Shown here: one piece after another, positions 55,356 to 64,000 of the stretch
Layout of the letters: the number at the start of each line of letters is the position of its first letter
Position numbering within the stretch: the stretch's first letter is position 1
From: Octopus vulgaris
Lineage: Eukaryota
DNA length: 64,000 nucleotides
Assembly (NCBI GenBank): GCA_951406725.2
Contig: OX597829.1
Span: 47,802,001 to 47,866,000 of the forward strand
Reading direction: 5' to 3'
Position numbers and translations under genes: made by a program
The notes under the pieces: generated by a model
What the model saw: only the letters and a program-made list of their open reading frames with translations
Told to the model about the DNA's origin: nothing
The model's database searches: none

Positions 55356-56250
55356 CCTTTTTCCCCACCCAATACACGTTGGAGGGCGGTGAGATGGCAG
55401 AATCGTTAGCACACTGGGCGAAATGCCTAGCGGTATTTCGCCTGCCGCTACGTTCTGAGTTCAAATTCCGCTGAGGTCGACTTTGCCTTTTATCCTTTCG
55501 GGGTCGATAAATTAAGTACCAGTTACGCACTGGGGTCGACTTAATACCTATGTCTGTCCTTGTTTGTCCCCTCTGTGTTTAGCCCCTTGTGGGTAATAAA
55601 GAAATAAGTATTTCGCCTGCCGCTACGTTCTGAGTTCAAATTCCGCCGAGGTCGACTTTGCCTTTTATCCTTTCGGGGTCGATAAATTAAGTACCAGTTA
55701 CGCACTGGGGTCGATGTGTCGACTTAATCTCTTTGTAGTGTCCTCTATGTTTAATCCCCTGTGGGCAATAAGGAAATAAATAATAACACACATTGGTTCT
55801 ATCGTTAGTAAATTGGTTAAATATCTAACCAACAGACTTGCTGCTTGAACCATCGATCGGTTGTTTGTTATTATTATTATTATTATTAATCCTTTTTCCC
55901 CACCCAATACACATTGGAGGGCGGCGAGCTGGCAGAAACGTTAGCACGCCGGGCGAAATGCTTAGCGGTATTTCGTCTGCCGTTTCGTTGTGAGTTCAAA
56001 TTCCGCCGAGGTCGACTTTGCCTTTCATCCTCTCGGGGTCGATAAATTAAGTACCAGTTACACACTGAGATCGATATAATCGACTTAATCCATTTATCTG
56101 TCCTTGTTTGTCCTCTCTGTGTTTAGTCCCCTGAGGACAATAAGGAAATAAATAATGACACAATGACACACATTGGTTCTATTGTTAGTCAATTGGTTAA
56201 ATATCTAACCAACAGACTTGCTGCTTGAAACATCAATCGGTTGTTTGTTT
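55203..56250. mobile_element. SINE family 1 copies within a local inverted plus tandem duplication
   Basis: Inverted head plus flank at 55203-55307. Direct units ~55345-55868 and ~55880-56250 share both flanks. Confidence 0.8.
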
Positions 56251-56297
56251 GTCAAAGCTTTTCCGTCTCTGTCCACGACCTTTTCACTGACTCCTCC

Positions 56298-56357
<60 letters not shown>

Positions 56358-56730
56358 CTATCTATATATCTATCTATCTATCTCTATCTCTCCAAGGTCT
56401 CTCGTAATTTCTCATTCACTTGCTTTCTTGATCCGTGATACCGCAAATACTATCCGACGTCCTGTTGCCCCAAGCCGTTGCTATTGTCCTGTCTTCAATA
56501 AACCTTTACTGAATAGAATTTTTCTTTAAGTCTATTTGCACGCTGTCCTATTATTAATATATCGAAACCGCAGAATATCAGTTACTTGGTCACGGTAGGA
56601 TATTCCTCCTCCTGTTTGTATTTTTCTATATCTAACACCTTTCGATTAATTCCTGCACATAATGTTCCTCTCTTTGATTGCAACAAAACACAAATGTCGT
56701 TCGCTTAACATTGTTTACTGAAGATATGTA

Positions 56731-57498
56731 GGCGCAGGAGTGGCTGTGTGGTAAGTAGCTTGCTTACACCAACCACATAGTTCCGGGTTCAGTCCCACTG
56801 CGTGGCACCTTGGGAGAGTGTCTTCAATTATGTGGAAGCACTCCGTCGGTTACGACGACGAGGGTTCCGGCTGATCCGAATCAACGGAACAGCCTGCTCG
56901 TGCAATTAACGTGTAAGTGGCTGAGCACTCCACAGACACATGTACCCTTAACGTAGTTCTCGGGGATATTCAGCGTGACACGGAGAGTGACAAGGCTGGT
57001 CCCTTGAAATACAGGTACAACAGAAACAGGAAGTAAGAGTGAGAGAAAGTTGTGGTGAAAGAGTACAGCAGGGATCACCACCATCCCCTGCCGGAGCGTC
57101 GTGGAGCTTTTTAGGTGTTTTCGCTCAATAAACACTCACATCGCCCGGTCTGGGAATCGAAACCGCGATCCTATGACCGCGAGTCCGCTGCCCTAACCAC
57201 TGGGCCATTGCGCCTCCACTGTCTTCTATTATAGCCTCGGGCTGACCAAAGCTTTGAGTGGATTTGGTAGATAGAAACTGAAAGAAGACCGTCGTATATG
57301 TGTGTGTGTGTGTGTTTCTGTGTTTGACCCCCCCCCAGCCATCGCTGATGCTGGTGTGTATTACGTCCCCGTAACTTAGCGGTTCGGCAAAAAGACACCG
57401 ATAGAAAGAATAAGTCCTGTGGTCGATTTGTTCCGACTAAAGGCGGTGCTCCTGTATGGCCGCAGTAAAATGACTAAAGCAAATAAAAGAATAAAAGA
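56731..57498 (+). mobile_element. SINE family 2 interrupted by a family 3 SINE
   Basis: Head at 56731-56831; resumes at 57221. Confidence 0.85.
56832..57220 (-). mobile_element. SINE family 3, full length, nested
   Basis: TSD GTCTTC(A/T)ATTAT at 56820-56831 / 57221-57232. Confidence 0.92.
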
Positions 57499-57541
57499 AT
57501 ACATATATACAAACATGCATAAATGTGTGTGTGTGTGTGTG

Positions 57542-57600
<59 letters not shown>

Positions 57601-58113
57601 TAGATAAACTCGTTAGATAAGGCCGAATCAATACGATATCAAATACAAAATAAACTACAGAAAAAGAAACAGAATAGCCGGGGTTTTAACCCAAATTTTG
57701 ATATTTCGGGGTTATGACTCCTTCTTCGGTACACGTGGAGAAATGAGGGGGTGGAACAAGTGCTCCTTATTAACAAATTGGATCCAGCTCTAAACAATTG
57801 GCTATTATATCAACATTAGTCTCCGCGTGTTACCATCCTCCCTCACACATCTGAGCAACGATTTATTTCATCACAGGGTTATAACAGCGAAATATCGAAA
57901 TATAAGGCAAAACTACAACTGTTGTTCTGTTGTTTCTTTCTTTTTTTTTTTTTTTTTTTGTTTTTGTTTTTTGTGTTTTTTTTTTTGTAGTTTGACTTGT
58001 ATTTCATCTCGCATTGTTTCGGCCTTATCATACGAGTTTATCAAATGTAATATTACACAATGCTTTACACTATCTATTCTATATGTGTGTATGTATGTAT
58101 GTATGTGTGTATG

Positions 58114-58159
<46 letters not shown>

Positions 58160-59422
58160 CACCTACATACATACATATACACATACCTTCATGCCTACCT
58201 ACATACCTACATATTTATCTAGCTACCTACCTATCTACCTACCAACCTACCTACCTACATACATACATACATACATATATTCATACATACATACATACAT
58301 ACATACATACACACACACACATACAAACATACATACATATCTATGTATATACATACATACATTCATATATATATACATACATACATACATACATACATAC
58401 ACACATATATACACACATACATACGCACATACATACATACATACATACATACACACACATACATACACACACATACATACATTCATACATACATACATAC
58501 ACACATACATACATACATACATATACACATACATACATACATACATACATACATACATACATACATACATACATACATACATACATACATACACATACAC
58601 ACATACATACATAGTTGGGACAAAACTTCTGAAATGTAGGGAGTGTTATATTGTTTGATCTAGTTGCGAGATTTTAAAAAACAAAAAGAAAATGTTGGGA
58701 CGTTTGAAAATAAGACTATAAGCGTGTTACGGTCGGTCTCCCAACCATGTTTGATAGACTTGACTAAGAGAAGGATAAAAGAAGTGAATAAACTACAACA
58801 GAATCGAACAAGAAACACAATATATAGTTGTTTTTTTTTTGTACCAATCATTCTTACCTCTCGTAAAAATCATTTTCGTATGAAATTACAGAAGAAGAAT
58901 ATTCGGCCGATAAAAAAAAAAATTAAAAAATAATAATAATAATAAAAGGAATACGCGATTGAACGTGTAAATGAAGTTACAAGAGAAAGAAAGAAGAAAA
59001 AAAAACTGAAAAAAAAAAATATTGTATATAAATAGATAAGAAAGAATGAAGAAACAATATAAAGAATGGTTGTTTGAAAATATTCGAACGAAAAATTCTA
59101 TTCAGAGGGTTTTTTACTCTAGATATTTTTTTATTTGCGTGTGTGTGTGTGTGTGCTATATTTTACAAATTTTGAGGTTGATTGTTTGTTATCTGTTGTT
59201 GTTGCTGCTGCTGCTGCTGTTGTTGTTGTTGTTGTTGTTGTTCGTGTTGTTGTTGCTTATAATTGCCTACAGTATGCGTATATTGCGTTTGTTTATTGTC
59301 ATTGAGAGATTGTTGCTGCACTATTCTTTATTCATATGAAACACATACATGTGTGTGTGTGTATGTGTGTCTATCTGTCTGTCTGTCTGTCTGTGTATAT
59401 ATACTATATTTGAGGGCTAACC

Positions 59423-59680
59423 AAGGCTGCCGTTGGTTTCATATTAAGAGAGGTATATATTCCTTCACAATTATTAATCCTGTTGCATGGGGCCGTGTTT
59501 TCATCCAAGATAGAGACGAACACCAATGTCCTATGCAATAAACATGATAATCGCTAAGAAAATATACCGCTCTTAACATGAAACCAATGGTAGCTTTATC
59601 AATCCATAAGTAAAGAATATTTATCCACCAATGCGGTGTTGAGCACCCATGCCCGCTGTTCGTGTATATACATACATACA
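59423..59680 (+). mobile_element. Diverged fold-back PLE-like end with HHR 3' half
   Basis: Imperfect palindrome 59423-59597; GAAA-CCA A TGG-TA at 59580-59592. Confidence 0.5.
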
Positions 59681-59683
59681 TAA

Positions 59684-59722
<39 letters not shown>

Positions 59723-59728
<6 letters not shown>

Positions 59729-59937
59729 TGTAATATATGACAATTATTCGGTAGCCATGATAAAACTCCGAGTTTCGGATGTCGGGTCGGAAATCCACGC
59801 CGCTCTCTATTCAGTTATCCGGAGTTTTATCATGGCTACCGAATAATCGTCACATATTACAATTACAGATAAATTTCTCTATTTACATAATATCGAGGTC
59901 TCTTTCATTCTTTTGCTGTCTTACCATTTCTATCAAT
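59723..59937 (+). mobile_element. PLE-like 3' end with fold-back and atypical HHR-like motif
   Basis: Arms 59723-59770 / 59820-59867. Minus strand reads GATAA-CTGAATAGA..GGAT..ATCC-GAAA-CTC G GAG-TT-TTATC. Confidence 0.6.
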
Positions 59938-59973
59938 ATATATATATATATATATACATATATATATACATAA

Positions 59974-60026
<53 letters not shown>

Positions 60027-60134
60027 AGAAGAAGAAGAAGAAGAAGAAGAAGAAGAAGAAGAAGAAGAAGAAGAAGAAGAAGAAGAAGAAGAAGAAGAAG
60101 AAGAAGAAGAAGAAGAAGAAGAAGAAGAAGAAGA

Positions 60135-60480
60135 ATTACGGAACAGAGACTCTATGACCAGGTAAGGGCAATAAGGAAGAAATGATAGCTTATAGCATTA
60201 GAGCTTGATGAGATTAAGAATGTAATGATTGAAAAAAAAACAAGGGGTGAAGTAGATGTGGTTACAGAGAAAGTTGGCGAGGCTACATTTAATGAAGGTG
60301 TCCGGGAGAATTATAAGGACTTGAATCTTGAGAGAATAGAAGGACTGAATGATGAGGACGGAGGAATGATGAAAGACATCATTAGCATCATTGAGGAAAA
60401 CCTGGACATAGAAACAAATGGATTCAGTAAATAGAAATTTTCTCGGCGGGGTGGAGAAATTAGAATTGACAGGAGGGCAG
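60135..60480 (+). mobile_element. RLE-LINE N-terminal fragment after (GAA)n
   Basis: ITEQRLYDQVRAIRKK..L..LELDEIK resembles the R4-clade ORF N-terminus. Confidence 0.5.
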
Positions 60481-61147
60481 AACATACCCCAAAAGTTGCT
60501 CTATTGGGGTAAGTTATGATTTGGGGATTGGCGCTTGGGTATTGAGTGTCTTCCACGATAAGTTAACATCCAGGTAATATAGATTATAACTTGCGGAAGG
60601 AGACCCTGTGAGACCTCTATCAACAGGTTGTTGTCCGCTCTCACAGAATCAATCAAAACATTTATAGACCGACAGCTCTATGAAGAGAAAAAAGGATAGG
60701 CTACTGCAAATATTCTGTTCAATACCACAAATTTGCTTGTCAGTTGTTTGACCTTAACCAGTTGAGCATATCCCATAGTGGCTGACGATATGTGCATATC
60801 TGATCACGAGCAGAAGTAGTGGGGATCATCATAGCCATGTGTTGAGAGGAACTCTTTAGGGTTTGGATGATTTACCTCTGGAAACACGGGTGTTTCATTC
60901 AACATCCTTAAACAATCCTTATTCAGGGACCTTTTGAGCCGGATGGGCTACTCGACCTGAAGAAAATTCTAATTGGATCCACACCTGCAAGGTTATGCGC
61001 TATTTATCTTGATATGAATTCACTATGATACGCATATTGTGATCATGTGTCTGGACTTTGCATATTATATTTACACTGGACTTCGCATATTATATCAAGT
61101 GTCACTTTGATGGCATGTGCTCTTCTCTCACTCAATAATAATCATTA

Positions 61148-61464
61148 AAAACCGATAAATATGGAGACCTGAGAATTGAGAGATTGCCAAGATGTGGCAG
61201 CTACAAGAGTCAAACTTAAAGGTTGTCCCTATTGTCATCGGAGCATTGGGTTCAATACCACCCAATCTGAAAAGACATATGGAAACTTTAGAAATACCCT
61301 ACAATCTAGATGTATTGCAAAAGTTGGGATTACTTGGAACTGCACACATATTGCATAAAGTACTGTGTGTCTGAGGTCCTTGTTGTGACTTGGCAACAAC
61401 CCCCGATAGATACAATATCTTCAATCAACAACATATTGGATACTGTGCGACGTCTTTAATAGTA

Positions 61465-61544
<80 letters not shown>

Positions 61545-61545
61545 T
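61148..61545 (+). mobile_element. R4/Dong-like LINE 3' tip with (TAA)n tail
   Basis: KTDKYGDLRIEIAKMW..KVVPIVIGALGSIP..LQKLGLLGTAHILHKVL*, then short UTR and (TAA)n. Confidence 0.8.
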
Positions 61546-61577
61546 ACAACAGCAACGTAATATAAATAAAATGTCAA

Positions 61578-61617
<40 letters not shown>

Positions 61618-62020
61618 AAGTTGTGTGACAGCAAAAACGAAATAATCTCACATATTGTGAGTGAGCGTAGCAAGCTGAACCAAAAGCACTACAAAAGGAG
61701 GCACGACAACGTAAATTAGCAATTCGGCAAAAGTAACCGATACAATAAATATTAGGCTTCAAAAAATGGTAGTCGGGTTGCTTCGTTCGACTAGCAGTTT
61801 TTCAAAGTCTTGCCCCAGCATGGCCGCAGTCTAATGACTGAAACAAGTAAAAAGTGAAAATGTAAAAGGTGTATGTATATATACATATATTTGCATATGT
61901 AAGAGTATTTATAAAAATATATATGTAAATGTATATACACATACACACACACACATATATATATATGTATGTATGTACATATGTATATGTATATATATAT
62001 ATCTGTTCAGCCTTCGCCAT

Positions 62021-62212
62021 GATAGATCGCTAGCCACTACACATTCTTTATTTTCTCTCCTTGTGTTCCTTTCTGTGTTCCTTTCTGTGGAAGAGCGTAG
62101 GCTCGAAACGTTAAAGACTTTTTCACTTCCCGAGCGTTATACTAATACATCCGTTTGTTTTCTACACCACCTGTCTTCGTCTTTTGTGTTTTTTTTTGTG
62201 TGAATTCTCTCT
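62021..62212 (+). mobile_element. PLE-like 3' end with variant HHR (62081-62116)
   Basis: CTTT-CTGTGGA-A-GAGC gtag GCTC-GAAA-CG-TT-AAAG. Confidence 0.65.
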
Positions 62213-62213
62213 A

Positions 62214-62354
<141 letters not shown>

Positions 62355-62699
62355 GTAAGCACACAGTCACATATATATATATATAACTATGTGTGTTACG
62401 GGGTGTGTGAGTATGCTCATAGACAGACAGACAGACTGAGAAACAGACCGACTGGCAGACAGATAGACAGATAGGTAGAACGATCTGCACATAGAGAAAG
62501 AGAGACAAATGACGCCTTTCTTCACATGATCGAACCAATTGAATCGTATAATGATGGGCGCGACTTTGACTATAAAAACACAGGTATTTTGAGACCATTG
62601 TATGAGTGTCTCTCCTTCTTTTCCGACTCGCCTCTCTCTCCCCCTCACATCTCTCTCTACAAATGTACATACATACATACATGCATACATATATTTATA

Positions 62700-62737
<38 letters not shown>

Positions 62738-62994
62738 TTTAACAATTAAGGATAATCTCTTAATAAGGGATCTTAACAAGAAATTATCGGGTAGCTAGCG
62801 TGAAAACCTCATAAAAGAAAAGAATCCGAAAATAATTTTTTTCTTTTGAACAAATTAATTATATCTATATTGTATAGAGGGCATTATTACACATAAATGC
62901 CTCACACTAGGAGGGACAAAGTCATTACTACCAAAATTATACTAATCATACCCAAATGCAGTTTTTCAAAGCAAGACATTTAAAAAATGAATTT

Positions 62995-63052
62995 AGTTCT
63001 GTATCACCGTGATTTCACATACAACTTGCGTCTAATGATCGTCAGCAGAACT
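62995..63052 (-). ncRNA. Type I hammerhead ribozyme (copy 1)
   Basis: AGTTCTG-CTGACGA-stem II with GCAA loop-GAAA-TCAC G GTGA-TA-CAGAACT. Confidence 0.8.
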
Positions 63053-63474
63053 GATTCTGAACACATCATAAATAAACTACCAACCTTACGTAGCGAAGAC
63101 GAACAGACAACTGCTCACTCCGGCCAAGCACATGGAATGTTTATAAATCATATATCCGGTAAATGGCGGGCTTTTTACGAACTGCATGTCGGGTAATGAA
63201 AAGTATTTCGGAATAAGTTTAACAATTAAGGATAATCTCTTAATAAGGGATCTTAACAAGAAATTATCGGGTAGCTAGCGTGAAAACCTCATAAAAGAAA
63301 AGAATCCGAAAATAATTTTTTTCTTTTGAACAAATTAATTATATCTATATTGTATAGAGGGCATTATTACACATAAATGCCTCACACTAGGAGGGACAAA
63401 GTCATTACTACCAAAATTATACTAATCATACCCAAATGCAGTTTTTCAAAGCAAGACATTTAAAAAATGAATTT

Positions 63475-63532
63475 AGTTCTGTATCACCGTGATTTCACAT
63501 ACAACTTGCGTCTAATGATCGTCAGCAGAACT
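63475..63532 (-). ncRNA. Type I hammerhead ribozyme (copy 2)
   Basis: Identical to copy 1, 480 bp away. Confidence 0.8.
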
Positions 63533-63720
63533 GATTCTGAACACATCATAAATAAACTACCAACCTTACGTATCGAAGACGAACAGACAACTGCTCACTC
63601 CGGCCAAGCACATGGAATGTTTATAAATCATATATCCGGTAAATGGCGGGCTTTTTACGAAGTTGTCTGTTCGTCTTCGCTACGTAAGGTTGGTAGTTTA
63701 TTTATGATGTGTTCAGAATC

Positions 63721-63778
63721 AGTTCTGCTGACGATCATTAGACGCAAGTTGTATGTGAAATCACGGTGATACAGAACT
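63721..63778 (+). ncRNA. Type I hammerhead ribozyme (inverted copy)
   Basis: Identical motif; predicted cut after A63771. Confidence 0.8.
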
Positions 63779-64000
63779 AAATTCATTTTTAAATGTCTTG
63801 CTTTGAAAAACTGCATTTGGGTATGATTAGTATAATTTTGGTAGTAATGACTTTGTCCCTCCTAGTGTGAGGCATTTATGTGTAATAATGCCCTCTATAC
63901 AATATAGATATAATTAATTTGTTCAAAAGAAAAAATTATTTTCGGATTCTTTTCTTTTATGAGGTTTTCACGCTAGCTACCCGATAATTTCTTGTTAAGA

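Larger units (their letters stand above)
62733..64000 (-). mobile_element. Very young tandem (480-bp) plus inverted HHR-bearing element next to (TA)n
   Basis: Units 62733-63212 and 63213-63661, inverted copy 63661-64000+. One visible SNP (63093 G / 63573 T). Confidence 0.85.

Noticed and set aside
57690-57735. HHR-like CCGAAGA..GAAA on the minus strand
   Set aside because: No stem I partner or stem III found.
60670-61140. Probable non-autonomous repeat ending in AATAATAAT
   Set aside because: Single copy in the window with no diagnostic termini; cannot classify.
62987-63769. Duplicated ORF MNLVLYHRDFTYNL
   Set aside because: Antisense to the ribozyme in duplicated units; no protein motif.

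Overview
Gene-poor, extremely microsatellite-rich eukaryotic DNA. The SINE families, R4/RTE LINE relics and (TA)/(TACA)/(TAGA)/(TAA)/(CA) tracts are typical of an Octopus/coleoid cephalopod genome (inference). No host protein-coding exon can be supported; almost all track ORFs are microsatellite translations. Recognisable elements are R4/Dong-like RLE LINE relics, an RTE LINE 3' end, Tc1/mariner relics, a hAT-type MITE, a Helitron-like 5' end, and several tRNA-derived SINE families, some with clear TSDs and nesting. The main hidden signal is a dense set of short non-coding inserts in microsatellites, many forming fold-back palindromes or tandem-plus-inverted arrays. These carry type I hammerhead ribozyme (HHR) motifs with palindromic stem III, the hallmark of Penelope-like element (PLE) pseudo-LTRs and retrozymes. 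About 20 intact, variant or decayed HHR motifs from many distinct families were read by eye, including recurring core variants. A 480-bp tandem HHR unit looks retrozyme-like. Three divergent inserts also share a covarying structured motif (CCTRGGGCTAAA...stem...ATATCYCT) that I cannot assign to a known RNA class.
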